A stretch of DNA of 64,000 bases from Nannocystales bacterium (GCA_050633305.1 JBOEGF010000027.1:31403-95402); one strand, 5' to 3'; numbered from the stretch's first letter, positions 29,409 through 40,304 are shown. Numbers and translations: made by a program. The notes: generated by a model not told the origin, from the letters alone.

Positions 29409-31249
29409 TGCAGGCCCTCCGCCACGAACACCTGCAGCGTGTCGCCGTCGCGCACGATGCGAAGCCGATAGACCGTGCCGACGTCGTCGGCGAAGTAGAC
29501 GGTGCTCTCCCCCTGCGGCGGGTCGTACTTCTCGTGCGAGGTGTCCGAGAGTCCCGCGACCTCGGTATCGCTCAGCTTGCTACCCGGAGCGAGCGTCGCC
29601 GCAGCGAAGAAGCCCGGGTTGTCATTCGCGTAGTCGGCGGTGCTCGCCAAGTCCTCCGGCTCCGCGAAGAAGAGATACGGGGTGCCGTTCTCCGCGCGTC
29701 GCCAGTACAGGTCGACCCGGTCGTTCTCCTCTCTGTAGTCGCCGAGGATGAAGTCTGACAGCAGCGCGGCTTGTTCCTGCAGGAACGGGCGCACCGCTTC
29801 GGCGGCCTCCTCCCCGGTGAGTCCGATCGGGATGTCTTCAACCGTGAAGGCGATATCGGCCTCGCCCTCCGCAAATGTCGTGAACGGGGCGTTGTGCAAC
29901 GAGACCTGGGCGACTTCGAGAATCGTCTCCCAGACAAACTGGTCCTCGGGAGGACTCCCAATCCCCAGCGGCACCGAATACTCCGTCCACCCCGGCGGGT
30001 TCCCGTTCTGGCCCAGCTCCACGCTCGCCGTTCCGAACAGATACGACTCGGAAAACTCGCGGTCCCTGTACTCCTCGTACGCCGCAAGCGCGATGTTGTA
30101 CTCCAGCGTCCACGGGTCGAGGTTCCACACGCTGCCCGCCCCCACCGCATTGTCGGGGTAGTTCGAGTTGCAGGGCACACCGAGGCAGGAGTCGACGAAG
30201 ACATCCGCCTCCGAGATCGCGAACCTCATGTCAACCGCGAGGTTGGGGATGATGCCTTCGAGCGAGAAACGCTGCGGATCCGCAAAGTCGAACTCGAGCT
30301 CGTCGTCATACGTCGGCCCGACCTCGTCCTGCACCACCGTCACGAACCCCTTGCCGTTGTCCCCATCGATGCCGTCGACCAGCCGCAAGTTCGACTCGGC
30401 CACCGCATTCATCGAAAAGTTGGGGCCGAAGACCTCTCCGGAGACTACGAAACGAGGATCCACGAGGCCAGGGTGTGGCGCCGCGGGGCCCAACACCTTG
30501 GTCATGGTCGAGAGGTCGGTCAACGCGTCGCTGAGATAGATGGCGATCGTTCCATCCTCCGAGACACCGGGATGACTCCCCACGAAGGCCTGCTGGAACG
30601 CGAACACCAACGAGTCGGTGCTGACGATTTCCTGGGTCCGCGGGATTCCCAGCGCATCGGCAAGGATCTCGGAGTACCCCCCACCGACACCGAGCGCATC
30701 GGCAAGGCTCGCGAGCGAGGAGCTGCTCGTGCCCGACACGTCCACGTTGGCCGGCGTCATCGTCAGGATTCGGATCATCGCGTACTCGGGCGAGGTCCTC
30801 CACGTGCCATCGGGTCCCTCGAACGACTGTCCGAGAGAGGTGACCGAGCAGTCGTGGTTGGGCTCTTCGTTGTCGAGCTGCCACGCGATGCCGCACGCGA
30901 GCTTGACCTCCTCCAGCGTGTTCTCCAGGAGCGCGGTCGACTCGAGCTCGAGTAGCAAGACTTCGTCGGCTCGCTCCCCGAACAGCTCCGCCACTTCATC
31001 TCGCGACATCGACAGCGTCAGCGCGGGGACTTCCTCGTCGCCCAGGCGCAGCTCGAACTCCTCCTCCGGCCCCCAGTCCGAGGGCGCCGGACCGGTGGTA
31101 TCGGTCGCGACGCCTTCCCCCGAGCCCGTGGTCTCGCCCTCGGTTCCCGAGCCGCTATCGGTCTCAAGGCCCTGCGCGTCGGCGCCACACGCGAGCAGCG
31201 AGGCGATCGCCGCGATGCCTGACGTCCTGGAGAGACCCACCCAAACCAT
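29405..31249 (-). CDS. Large acidic lipoprotein of unknown function (paralog 1)
   Basis: Lipobox LLAC, Ser/Thr/Gly linker; downstream of the FadL-like porin. Confidence 0.75.
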   Translation of the reverse strand: MVWVGLSRTSGIAAIASLLACGADAQGLETDSGSGTEGETTGSGEGVATDTTGPAPSDWGPEEEFELRLGDEEVPALTLSMSRDEVAELFGERADEVLLLELESTALLENTLEEVKLACGIAWQLDNEEPNHDCSVTSLGQSFEGPDGTWRTSPEYAMIRILTMTPANVDVSGTSSSSLASLADALGVGGGYSEILADALGIPRTQEIVSTDSLVFAFQQAFVGSHPGVSEDGTIAIYLSDALTDLSTMTKVLGPAAPHPGLVDPRFVVSGEVFGPNFSMNAVAESNLRLVDGIDGDNGKGFVTVVQDEVGPTYDDELEFDFADPQRFSLEGIIPNLAVDMRFAISEADVFVDSCLGVPCNSNYPDNAVGAGSVWNLDPWTLEYNIALAAYEEYRDREFSESYLFGTASVELGQNGNPPGWTEYSVPLGIGSPPEDQFVWETILEVAQVSLHNAPFTTFAEGEADIAFTVEDIPIGLTGEEAAEAVRPFLQEQAALLSDFILGDYREENDRVDLYWRRAENGTPYLFFAEPEDLASTADYANDNPGFFAAATLAPGSKLSDTEVAGLSDTSHEKYDPPQGESTVYFADDVGTVYRLRIVRDGDTLQVFVAEGLQ

Positions 31250-31288
31250 GGGATCGATGGTCGTACAAGACGGCCTCGCGTGCGAGCG

Positions 31289-32776
31289 CTATTTCGACGG
31301 TTGCGCGTGACCAGCACCGCCGAAACGCATCCTCGCGTGCAGCCCCAGCTGCCCGAGAAACAGCGAGTAGCGCCCGTTGCCCAGGTCGTAGGTCGAAGTC
31401 GTGACCGTGCGCGGGATGATCGCTTGCCCTTCCAAGTCGGCGAGCAGCGACCAGCGATCGTTGAGACCGACGTCCACCCCGCCGCCGAACACCAGGCGGT
31501 GGCCATCGGGCGAGGCCACGTCGAGCGTCGAGTCGGGCGACGCCGGGGAGTGGTACCCCACGAGCGTGTTCAAACGCAGACGCTCGGTGAGCTGAATCCT
31601 CGGAGCGACCTCCAGGTGAAACGTCCCCCGCCAATCCCGAACCAACGGCTGGTTCGCCACCGGCCCCACGCCCAACTCCGGCTGCGCTAGATCTGGCGAG
31701 CTCAGCTCGATGTCGATGACGTCGAACTCTTGATACGTCGCGTAGCTCGCCCACGTGTCGATGCGAACCCGGTCGGACGCGTCGATACCGGCCCCCAGTG
31801 TGATGCGTTTGGGCAACCGCATCTCCACCTGTGTCGTCCCCCGGATCAACGCCGGATACTGCAGCCCCTGGGATGCGAGGTCCTGGGTGAAAAAGTCGTC
31901 GTCCATGTTCAGCTGGAAGTCCCCGCGAAAGCGCAGGCGCGAACCATGCTGATAGACGAGTCCCAGGTTCAGCCGGTCGGTTGCTTGGACCGCAAGCCCG
32001 ACGTTGAAGCTCGGGGAATGGGAGACCGCCCGCTCGATCGAGATGGGCCGAGCCATCACATCCAGCTCGCGAACCGTCGAGGGCGCATCGACGCCGAAGT
32101 CGTTCTCTTGGCCGATCGGGTCCTCGGCAAGTGCGTCACTGAGCAGCCCGATGGAGCCGAAGTCCTGGACCTTGGACAGCTCGAGAAACGAGAACACGTA
32201 GGTCGCCCCCGCCCCGATCGAGACCCGGTCGTGCACCTTGACCGAGGCCGAGAACGTGGTGTGCAACGACACCAAGAAGATCGACTGAAGAGCAAAGCGC
32301 TGGGGACCATTGTCGGGAAAGTCCAGCGTCGCGGCGTAGGGGATGTACACGCCGCCCCCGAGCACCAGCCGGTCCGGGATCACGGGGGCTGCGACGAAGA
32401 GGTCCACCAGCGGCCCGACGGGCGTCGTGGTGACCGCGCGGGTGGGTCCGGTGCGCGTGGCGTCCAGGTCGGCCGCGGGGATCGGCTCGGCAAAGTCGAA
32501 GTTGTCCGAGTACTGGTACTGCCCCAGTCGCTCCCGCTCGTAGCCGACCCGGCCGAAGATCACGGCCGCGCCAAAGTCGAACGAACCGCGGTCCAAGAAC
32601 CCCAGCTGGCCCGGGTTCCAATGCACAGCCGCCGCGTCCGCGGTGACGGGACTGCTGCCCCCACTGCCCACCTGAGGGGAGTCCAGGCCCGACCCGAGCG
32701 CCGGCGAGGCCCAGCCCAGAGCGAGCACTCCGGCGGCGAGCGTGAGGGGATACCAGCGGTTCAAGGCGCCGAACAT
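31289..32776 (-). CDS. OmpP1 / FadL-family outer-membrane transporter
   Basis: Signal peptide, DAAAVHWNPGQL hatch motif (NPA-like), amphipathic strands, LPKRITLG, SPDGHR. Confidence 0.85.
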   Translation of the reverse strand: MFGALNRWYPLTLAAGVLALGWASPALGSGLDSPQVGSGGSSPVTADAAAVHWNPGQLGFLDRGSFDFGAAVIFGRVGYERERLGQYQYSDNFDFAEPIPAADLDATRTGPTRAVTTTPVGPLVDLFVAAPVIPDRLVLGGGVYIPYAATLDFPDNGPQRFALQSIFLVSLHTTFSASVKVHDRVSIGAGATYVFSFLELSKVQDFGSIGLLSDALAEDPIGQENDFGVDAPSTVRELDVMARPISIERAVSHSPSFNVGLAVQATDRLNLGLVYQHGSRLRFRGDFQLNMDDDFFTQDLASQGLQYPALIRGTTQVEMRLPKRITLGAGIDASDRVRIDTWASYATYQEFDVIDIELSSPDLAQPELGVGPVANQPLVRDWRGTFHLEVAPRIQLTERLRLNTLVGYHSPASPDSTLDVASPDGHRLVFGGGVDVGLNDRWSLLADLEGQAIIPRTVTTSTYDLGNGRYSLFLGQLGLHARMRFGGAGHAQPSK

Positions 32777-32813
32777 ACCGCCGACACCCCAGTGCGCGCT
32801 ATCCTCCCGCGCA

Positions 32814-34496
32814 GTGTCGTTGCTCCGCACCTTGGTGAGCTCGTCGCGAGCCCTGATCACGGGCGCCCGCGAGGTGGCGCGTTTTCAGGAGATCGCCCGC
32901 GTTTTCATCCGCCACGGCTTCGGCTGGGCCTACCGGCAGCTCAAGGTTCGCCGCGAACTGGAGGTGGAGTTCGAGGGAAGCGAGCTCACCAAGGCGACGT
33001 TGGCCTCCCCCGACACGGGGAAGCGGTTGGTCGCCGCTTTCAACGAGCTGGGCCCGACCTTCGTCAAACTGGGCCAGATCCTCAGCACCCGCACCGATCT
33101 CCTCCCCGAGAGCATCACCTCCGAGCTGGCCACGCTGCAGGACAGCGTCACGCGCGTCGACTTCGCCGATATCGAGTCTCAGCTCGTCAAGGAGCTCGGC
33201 GCCCAGTGGCGCGACAAGTTCGAAGAGTTCGACGAAGAGCCGCTCGCCTCCGCCTCGATCGCGCAGGTGCACCGCGCCACGCTCGAGGGAGGACGCAAGG
33301 TCGTGCTCAAGGTCCAGCGGCCCGGCGTGAAGCCCAAGATCACCGGAGACCTGGGTGTCCTTCATGCGCTCGCAGGTTGGCTCGAGGAGGCCATCCCCGA
33401 AGCGGCGGCGATGGACCTGCGCGGCACGATCACCAGCTTCACCAAGTCGATCCTCCAAGAGCTCGACTTCCGGATCGAGGCCCGAAACCTCGATCGTTTT
33501 CGCACCACCCACGAGGACAACACGCAAGTCGTGTTCCCCGCCGTGTACGACGAGCTCAGCACCGAGGAGGTCCTGTGCATGGAGTTCCTCGAAGGGCGGA
33601 ACTTCGCCCACGCGATCGAGGAGGGGGAGGACGTCAGTGCCGTGGCCGAGACGTACTTCAAGGTTGCCTACAAGATGCTGTTCATCGACGGCTTCTTTCA
33701 TGGCGACCTTCACCCCGGCAACGTCCTGGTCATGGACGACCACCGTCTCGGTGTCCTCGACTGCGGCATGGTCGGGCGGCTGTCCCCGGCGATGAAGGAC
33801 AAGGTCATCGACATCCTGCACGCGGTCCTCAACGAGGACCTCGAGGGCGTTGCGCGGACCTTCTACGACCTCTCAATTCGCAGCGACCTGGTCGACTACC
33901 CTCGTTTCGAGGCCGACGTCATCGACCTTGGAGAGCGCTACCTGTCGGGTCTTCCGATGTCCGAGGTCCAGATCGGCATGCTGTTCTCCGAGATCGTCGC
34001 CGGCGCTTCTCGACACAACGTCCGCATGCCGACGGACTTCACGATGATGTTCAAGGCCATCATCACCACCGAGGGCATGGCCAAGATGATCGCCCCGCAG
34101 ACCGACCCGATCGAGCTGGCGCGGCCGTACATCATGCAGATGGTCGCCGACCGATACAGCCCGGATCGCATCAAACAGATGGCGGTCCGCGACTTCTCGA
34201 TGTTCTCGCGTCTGGCTCGGTCGATGCCGCACTCAATCCCCGGCGTGATCGAGGACCTTCGGGCTGGCAAGCTGACGTTTCGGACCAACGCCGAGACGCT
34301 CGACCGGCAGGAGCGCTCGGCCAATGCCCGAACCGCGCGCTCGATTCGCACCGCGCTCACCGTCACGTGCTTGGTCTGCGGCACGTACACGATGGGCTTG
34401 GGCCTCCCGGTCTGGGGCCTGGTGGGCATCCCTGTGATCACGGCGGTGTTCTTTGTCTTCGCCGGGGTTGGGCTGTTCACGGTGATCTGGCGATGA
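32814..34496 (+). CDS. ABC1 / AarF / UbiB-family atypical kinase
   Basis: LGPTFVKLGQ, PLASASIAQVH, KVQRP, FFHGDLHPGN, LDCGMVG; two C-terminal TM helices. Confidence 0.93.
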   Translation: MSLLRTLVSSSRALITGAREVARFQEIARVFIRHGFGWAYRQLKVRRELEVEFEGSELTKATLASPDTGKRLVAAFNELGPTFVKLGQILSTRTDLLPESITSELATLQDSVTRVDFADIESQLVKELGAQWRDKFEEFDEEPLASASIAQVHRATLEGGRKVVLKVQRPGVKPKITGDLGVLHALAGWLEEAIPEAAAMDLRGTITSFTKSILQELDFRIEARNLDRFRTTHEDNTQVVFPAVYDELSTEEVLCMEFLEGRNFAHAIEEGEDVSAVAETYFKVAYKMLFIDGFFHGDLHPGNVLVMDDHRLGVLDCGMVGRLSPAMKDKVIDILHAVLNEDLEGVARTFYDLSIRSDLVDYPRFEADVIDLGERYLSGLPMSEVQIGMLFSEIVAGASRHNVRMPTDFTMMFKAIITTEGMAKMIAPQTDPIELARPYIMQMVADRYSPDRIKQMAVRDFSMFSRLARSMPHSIPGVIEDLRAGKLTFRTNAETLDRQERSANARTARSIRTALTVTCLVCGTYTMGLGLPVWGLVGIPVITAVFFVFAGVGLFTVIWR

Positions 34497-36565
34497 AACG
34501 CCGCTCGACGTGGTTGCTGTGCGCCACGCTGCTTGGGGCCGGCTGCGTACGGGTCGAGGGCTCGATTGCCGCCCCCGCTCCCCCGACCCCGCCAAGCGTC
34601 CAAGCGCCCTGGCACGTGGGCGCGTCAAGCATCGACATCACCCCGCCGATTGGCTACGGCATGGCCGCGCACGCCATCGAGGCGAGGATGAGCTTGGGCG
34701 TGTGGACCCGACTGCGGGCACAAGCCATCGCCATCGAGGACCGTGACGGGGTGCCGGTCGTCCTCATCGCCGCCGACTTGTGGGCCATCCCCTCGGGCCT
34801 CCCCGACGCGATCACACAACGACTCCAGACAGAACACGGCATGGCAACACTGGGCCGGGCGCAAGTTGTCGTAGCCGCGACGCACACACACCACGGTCCT
34901 GGGCATTTCCACACCGCCCCGGGCTACGCCGACCACGCGGGTCCCGAGTCGGGCTTCGATCCCCAGCTGTTTGAGTGGCTGACCATGCGTTTGGCTTCGG
35001 CGGCCGCGACCGCCTATACCAACCGGCGCCCCGCGACGCTCGGGCACCACGCCGTGGCTGTGCCTTCCCTGGCCCGCAACCGCAGCCTAGCCCCCATGCT
35101 CGAAAACCCCGAAGCACGGGGGCTCATCCAGGCGAACAGCGGTCTTCCCGGGTGTGAGCACCCCGCAAACGCGACCGCAGTCGACACCGACTCAGACGTC
35201 GACCCCTGCCACGCCGTTGACCCTAAGCTCGACACGCTCGTCGCCCGAGATGCCGAGTCGAAGGCGGTCATCGCAGTCGCCGCCGTGTTCGGTGTGCACG
35301 CCACTGCGATGCCCAACCGCACTCCCGTCTACCACGGGGACCTTTTTGGCCTCGCGAGCCGACGCGCGCAGGATGAATTGGCCGCGCTTGGACATGAAGG
35401 TGTTGTGGTCGCGGTCTTCAACGGACCCGAAGGCGACGTGTCTCCCAACTGGCAAGCCCAGGGGCGCGGTGCCACCGTCGCGCTGGGCCGAGGCTTGGGG
35501 GACGCCGTCGTCGCCTCCATCGATACTGAAGGTCTATCCCTGCGAGGCACCGTGGGCTACGGGCTCGCACGGGCCCCACTCTCCGCAACGCGCGTCGTCC
35601 CGACCACCGTTGCGCCCGGCGAGACCGCCCGTCGCGCGATGCCTGGTCGATCGCAGTTTGGCGGTGCCGAGGACGGACGTACCCGGTTCCACTCCCGAGG
35701 GTTCGACGAAGGCCGCACCGCTCGCCGCCCCCGCCGAAAAGGGCAGGGAGCCAAGCGCCCTGCCCTCCCGCCCGCACTCCTGTCGATGGTGCACCCCAAG
35801 CGCCACCTGCCCTCGGTCGTCCCCGTGGGTCTCGTGCAGTTGGGACCGCTCTCGTTGGTCACGTTGCCTGGCGAGGTCACCACGATCTTGGGACAGCGCA
35901 TCGAGCAGCGTGTCGACAGCCCCCGCACCACGCTCGGCCCCACGATCAGCGTCGGGTTGGCGGGGGAGTATGTGTCGTACTTCACCACGCCCGAGGAGTT
36001 CGACTTGCAGCACTATGAGGGCGCGTCGATGATGTACGGCCGACTCTCGGGTGAGGTCCTCGCGGAGACGGCCGAAGCCCTCGCCGCCAAGCCATGGGTC
36101 GATGGCGTGGGCACATACGACTACCGGGGCCGGGGTCGAACCTCCCTCCCCGCGCTCCGCAAGAAGCTTCGCCGCCCAGCAAAGACCGCCGCCAAGGTCG
36201 TCGCCGACACGCTCGAAGTCCGAGCGGCAGTGACCGTGAGCTTTGACGACAAGGGCCCGCGCTGGCCCGAGGCCGCCGGAGGCTCGACGACGCCTCGTGT
36301 GCACGTCCAAGTTCAGGGCGATGAAGGTTGGCAGTGGCTCGACGACGACGACGGCGACGCACTGGTTCTGTACGTCACCAAAGTCGCACGTGACCGGTGG
36401 ACCTACGCGGCGACGTGGCTCGAACCCTTCGCCCCCATTGCGGCCTCCGGGCGCCCTTTGCGGCTGAAGATCGATCGCTTGGACGGCACCTCCGTCTGCT
36501 CGGCACCGTTCGAGAGCGGCGGCGAAGACCGCAGCGCCCGCATGGTCGAGCAGGCCCCCTGCTAA
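34493..36565 (+). CDS. Neutral/alkaline ceramidase-family lipoprotein
   Basis: Lipobox GAGC, DITPP, ATHTHHGP, VHAT, GDVSPN, LPGEVTT, YFTTPEEF, QHYEG. Real start is ATG 34493 inside the over-long 1611-aa ORF. Confidence 0.85.
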   Translation: MKRRSTWLLCATLLGAGCVRVEGSIAAPAPPTPPSVQAPWHVGASSIDITPPIGYGMAAHAIEARMSLGVWTRLRAQAIAIEDRDGVPVVLIAADLWAIPSGLPDAITQRLQTEHGMATLGRAQVVVAATHTHHGPGHFHTAPGYADHAGPESGFDPQLFEWLTMRLASAAATAYTNRRPATLGHHAVAVPSLARNRSLAPMLENPEARGLIQANSGLPGCEHPANATAVDTDSDVDPCHAVDPKLDTLVARDAESKAVIAVAAVFGVHATAMPNRTPVYHGDLFGLASRRAQDELAALGHEGVVVAVFNGPEGDVSPNWQAQGRGATVALGRGLGDAVVASIDTEGLSLRGTVGYGLARAPLSATRVVPTTVAPGETARRAMPGRSQFGGAEDGRTRFHSRGFDEGRTARRPRRKGQGAKRPALPPALLSMVHPKRHLPSVVPVGLVQLGPLSLVTLPGEVTTILGQRIEQRVDSPRTTLGPTISVGLAGEYVSYFTTPEEFDLQHYEGASMMYGRLSGEVLAETAEALAAKPWVDGVGTYDYRGRGRTSLPALRKKLRRPAKTAAKVVADTLEVRAAVTVSFDDKGPRWPEAAGGSTTPRVHVQVQGDEGWQWLDDDDGDALVLYVTKVARDRWTYAATWLEPFAPIAASGRPLRLKIDRLDGTSVCSAPFESGGEDRSARMVEQAPC

Positions 36566-36712
36566 GACGGGCGGGGTCACACGGGTCGTTTGTGCGCTGC
36601 CTCAAAACCCCGCTAGGGACCGCCCTATTGAGAATGCGACCCGTTTTGGCGCACACACGTGCCACGGTGCGGGCGTGAAGCGAGGCGCCAAACCTCGTGG
36701 TAGAAGGCGCCC

Positions 36713-37222
36713 ATGGCCAACACGCAAGCGCTGCTGCAGACCTCGAAGGGCGACGTCAAGATCGAGCTTTTCACGGACGAGTTGCCGATCACCGCCGGCA
36801 ACTTCATCAAGCTCGCCAAGTCCGGCTTCTACGATGGTCTGCACTTCCACCGCGTCATCGAGGGCTTCATGTGCCAGTTCGGATGCCCCAACAGCCGCGA
36901 CCCCAACAGTGGCAGCGCAGGCACCGGCAAAGGTCCTGACGGCAACATTCAGGACGAGCACACCTCCAAGCACTCCAACGAGCCCGGCACCTTGTCGATG
37001 GCGAACACCGGCGCACCCAACAGCGGAAGCTGCCAGTTCTTCATCAACACCAAGCACAACGAGTTCCTCGACTGGTTCAGCCCCGGTCAGTCCAAGCACC
37101 CGGTGTTCGCCAAGGTCACCGAGGGTATGGATGTGATCACCGCCATCGAGACCACCCCGACCGACGGCCGCGATCGTCCGGTCGAGCCCGTGCAGATGGT
37201 GAAGGTCACCATCCTCGACTAA
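36713..37222 (+). CDS. Cyclophilin-type peptidyl-prolyl isomerase
   Basis: [29 protein letters not shown]. Confidence 0.95.
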   Translation: MANTQALLQTSKGDVKIELFTDELPITAGNFIKLAKSGFYDGLHFHRVIEGFMCQFGCPNSRDPNSGSAGTGKGPDGNIQDEHTSKHSNEPGTLSMANTGAPNSGSCQFFINTKHNEFLDWFSPGQSKHPVFAKVTEGMDVITAIETTPTDGRDRPVEPVQMVKVTILD

Positions 37223-37241
37223 CGTCGAATCTCTCGGTTCC

Positions 37242-37280
37242 AGAGCCCTCGCCCGACCCGTTCGGCGAGGGCTTTGTCGT
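37242..37280 (+). terminator. Probable intrinsic terminator
   Basis: Stem AGCCCTCGCC / GGCGAGGGCT followed by TTGTCGT, 20 bp after the cyclophilin stop. Confidence 0.65.
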
Positions 37281-37539
37281 GTCTGGGCTCCGCGGCGTCC
37301 TCGCGGACAGCCCGGCTGCGCCTCGTGTAATTTCGTGGAGCTCCGGGCGTGCTCGGAACGTTTCAGTGCAGCTCAACCTCGCCGTCGTCCCCGCCGCGGC
37401 CGGCTGCCTGACTCGTCTTCGGGCCTCACCGGGTCGCGGGCGAGCCCGGAAGCGTGACCATCACCGTCTCACAGCCACAGTCGCCGGGCATCCGAGCGCT
37501 GTTTCAGCGCTCGTACGACGCTGTCATACTCTGGGCGCA

Positions 37540-37932
37540 ATGGACCCGACGCCCCACGATCTGCTCGGTGGTCGCGACGCCATACTGGCGCTCGCGAACC
37601 GCTTCTACGATGCGATGGAGAGGAGCGAACCGGAGCTCACCGCCGTGCACGACTGCAAGGCGCCAGGGAAAGTCACCGATGCGACCCGGGACCGGTTTGG
37701 GTTGTTTCTCGTGGGCTGGCTGGGTGGAGAGCAGGAGTACATGGAGCGGTTCGGACATCCTCGCTTGCGGATGCGCCACCGCTCGGTACCGATCAACCTC
37801 GCGATGCGGGATGCGTGGCTGCGCGCCATGGCGACCGCGCTGGACGAAGGCGGCGTCAATGGAGACGTCCGGGCATTCCTCGACGAACGGTTCGCGCACG
37901 TCGCCAATTTTCTGCGCAACGTGCCGGACTGA
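37540..37932 (+). CDS. Group II truncated hemoglobin
   Basis: LLGG..LANRFYDAM, FLVGWLGG, GHPRLRMRH, RDAWL. Confidence 0.9.
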   Translation: MDPTPHDLLGGRDAILALANRFYDAMERSEPELTAVHDCKAPGKVTDATRDRFGLFLVGWLGGEQEYMERFGHPRLRMRHRSVPINLAMRDAWLRAMATALDEGGVNGDVRAFLDERFAHVANFLRNVPD

Positions 37933-38013
37933 CCGAGTCGCCCGCCCGGTCGGTCAGCCGTCTCGTCGCCCCACCCCCTGGCACGCCCTTCGACTATGCT
38001 CCACTCCGTGGCG

Positions 38014-38945
38014 ATGAGAATCCTCGAGCGATCGATGTGGAGTGGACTACTTCTGCTTCCATTCGTCGCCTGCGGCCCCAACGTCCGCACCGGGGACGAG
38101 CCCGGTGTCGACCGACCGACCACAAGTCAGGGGTCCTCCTCAACGGGTCTCACGACCCCCACGAGCTCGGCCTCCGTCACCACACTGATGCCGAGCGCGA
38201 CTGCAGCCGACTCGACGCGGACCGGGCCGTCCGATGACACGACCCTCGGCGAGAGCAGCGGGTTTCCCCACTCCCCGGATTGGGGGTCCCTAAACAACGA
38301 CTGTGCGCTTGGCGGAGACAAGTGTCCCAAGGGCGAGAAGTGCATGCCATGGGCCAGCGACGGTGGCGACCTCTGGGATGCCAGACGATGTACACCCATC
38401 GCGGCCGACCCTGCCCCCGTGGGCGCCGCGTGCTCCGTCCAGGGATGGCCCGCATCGGGGATCGATACCTGTGACGAAGGAGCGATCTGCTGGAGCGTCA
38501 ACCCCCTGACGAACATCGGGACCTGCACATCACTGTGCGTCTACGCCCCCGGAGACGACATCTGCGTCGACCCGGACGAGGTCTGCACCAGCGGGGCGTC
38601 CCTCGAGGTCTGTGTCGACCGCTGCGATCCCCTCGCCAACGACTGCGCCGCCGGAGAGTCATGTTACGTGCTCGAGCCGTGGCACTACCCCGAGCGAGTC
38701 ACCGTGTGCTTTCGATCGGACACTCCGATCGCGGTGAACTCTGACGTTTTTGTCGCAACTTGTGATGCGGGCTGGACCGGGGTTCCGACGTTCCTCACCC
38801 CGGGTGCCCCGCCAACGAGCTGTGCTGCGCACCGTGGTGCGACACCTCGGCTCCTGACTGCCCAGAGGGTCGGAGCTGCGTCGCGTGGGAGTCACCCGAC
38901 CCGAAGCTCGAGGGTGACAACGTCGGGGTCTGCGTTCCGCCGTAG
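38014..38945 (+). pseudogene. Cys-rich myxobacterial lipoprotein with an apparent 1-bp frameshift near 38800
   Basis: Lipobox FVAC and CPKGEKCMPW..GIDTCDEGAICW repeats; the Cys pattern resumes in another frame (GCPANELCCAPWCD..NVGVCVPP*) ending at TAG 38943-38945. Confidence 0.7.
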
Positions 38946-39041
38946 TCGACCGCCCGAGGAGGGCAACCTGCGCATGGGCAGTGTTGGCAGAGATGCACGT
39001 CCCTGCGAAGTGCAATGGGCAAGTGCGAACGCTGAACCCGC

Positions 39042-40304
39042 TCAGTCCACACGCTCGGCCAGAGCCAGCACCGCCGCGAGGCCTTCGTCGCACGTCGGTA
39101 CAATCTGCTCGGGCGGAAGCACGAAGCCGCTACCGCCGGTCGGCCGCAACTCGATGGTGAAGCCGTCCGCACCTCCCTCGCCGTACGACCAGTCCAGCGC
39201 GGTCCCACCAGCGGCATAGAGTTCGGCCGCCGACATCAGCTTGTAGTGTTCGCCATGGGTCGCCGCGATCGCGCTGGCCATTGCATCCCCCAGCGCCGCG
39301 AGCCGGTCCCGCTCCGGGGCAGGCTTCTTGGTGTAGCCCCACGGATACAGAATCATCTGCCCAAAGCTGTGGAAGTCGACGTGGGCGACGACTGGCTCCC
39401 GCGTGATGAGATCACGCAGCGCGCGAGTCTCCGGCTCTGAGAAGGCGTACGGGCCGCGGTAGATCTGGGAACGCCGGTTGGAGCTGGAACCCCGCGCACC
39501 GAACCCCACCGACCAGTTGCGGTTCAAATCAACACCGTAGGGCTCGGCTCGGTTCTTTCGCCAATAGCGGTCCGACTCCCAGGAATGCACGTAGCCGTCG
39601 GGATTGATGACCGGCGCGACCCAGACGACGCGTTCATCGAGTAGGGCCTGGATCCGAGGGTCGGTGTCGTAACCGGACACCATGCGATCGGCCACGCACG
39701 TGGAAACCATCACCGAGATCCACTCGCGAGCATGCTGTCCACCGTTGAGGACGATCGCTTTGGCATCGTCTCTGGCGGCGGACAACCGCAACGCGCGGAT
39801 GGGGCGCCCATGCGTGGATGCCCCGAGTCGCTCGACGCGCGCAAGGTCGGGGCGGCGGGCAGCCAAGACATCGAGATACGCATCGACGGTTTCGTAGTCG
39901 CGATACTCCGCGAACCAGTTGCCTGGCCGAGCGATCTCGGCCGCCTCGATTCGGGCCATCTCCGCCGCTGCAACCGCATCGATGTCGGGCACGAGCACCT
40001 CGAAGGCGATACCCCGCTCGCGCAACGCATCGATGCCCTCGGGGCCCATCACCACATCGACGGACGTCCCCGTGTCGCTATCGCTCCACAGGTCCACCAT
40101 GGAGGCACGTACGGCCCGACGCTGCGCCTCCGTCTCAATCTCCACCCGAACAGCGGCGCGGACCTCGGGGGTCTCGGTCTCGGTCTCGGTCTCGGGCGTG
40201 CCAGGCGAAAACAACGCCCCCGCCAACACGACCGAAGACACCAGGCCTGCCAGGCCCGCCAACGTGCCCGACATCTCTGCGTAGCGTGACCAAGCTCCCA
40301 GCAT
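39042..40304 (-). CDS. M14 zinc carboxypeptidase with prodomain
   Basis: HAREW, NPDGY, WRKNR, GVDLNRNW, FSEPET, DFHSFGQ, FTIELR. Confidence 0.93.
   Translation of the reverse strand: MLGAWSRYAEMSGTLAGLAGLVSSVVLAGALFSPGTPETETETETPEVRAAVRVEIETEAQRRAVRASMVDLWSDSDTGTSVDVVMGPEGIDALRERGIAFEVLVPDIDAVAAAEMARIEAAEIARPGNWFAEYRDYETVDAYLDVLAARRPDLARVERLGASTHGRPIRALRLSAARDDAKAIVLNGGQHAREWISVMVSTCVADRMVSGYDTDPRIQALLDERVVWVAPVINPDGYVHSWESDRYWRKNRAEPYGVDLNRNWSVGFGARGSSSNRRSQIYRGPYAFSEPETRALRDLITREPVVAHVDFHSFGQMILYPWGYTKKPAPERDRLAALGDAMASAIAATHGEHYKLMSAAELYAAGGTALDWSYGEGGADGFTIELRPTGGSGFVLPPEQIVPTCDEGLAAVLALAERVD

Noticed and set aside
31730..34492. N-terminal 921 aa of the 1611-aa ORF
   Set aside because: Shadow frame overlapping the FadL gene and the ABC1 kinase; the real ceramidase starts at ATG 34493 with a lipoprotein signal.
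37540..37932. Functional link between the truncated globin and the H-NOX system
   Set aside because: About 8 kb away, separated by unrelated core genes, with no shared promoter motif seen.
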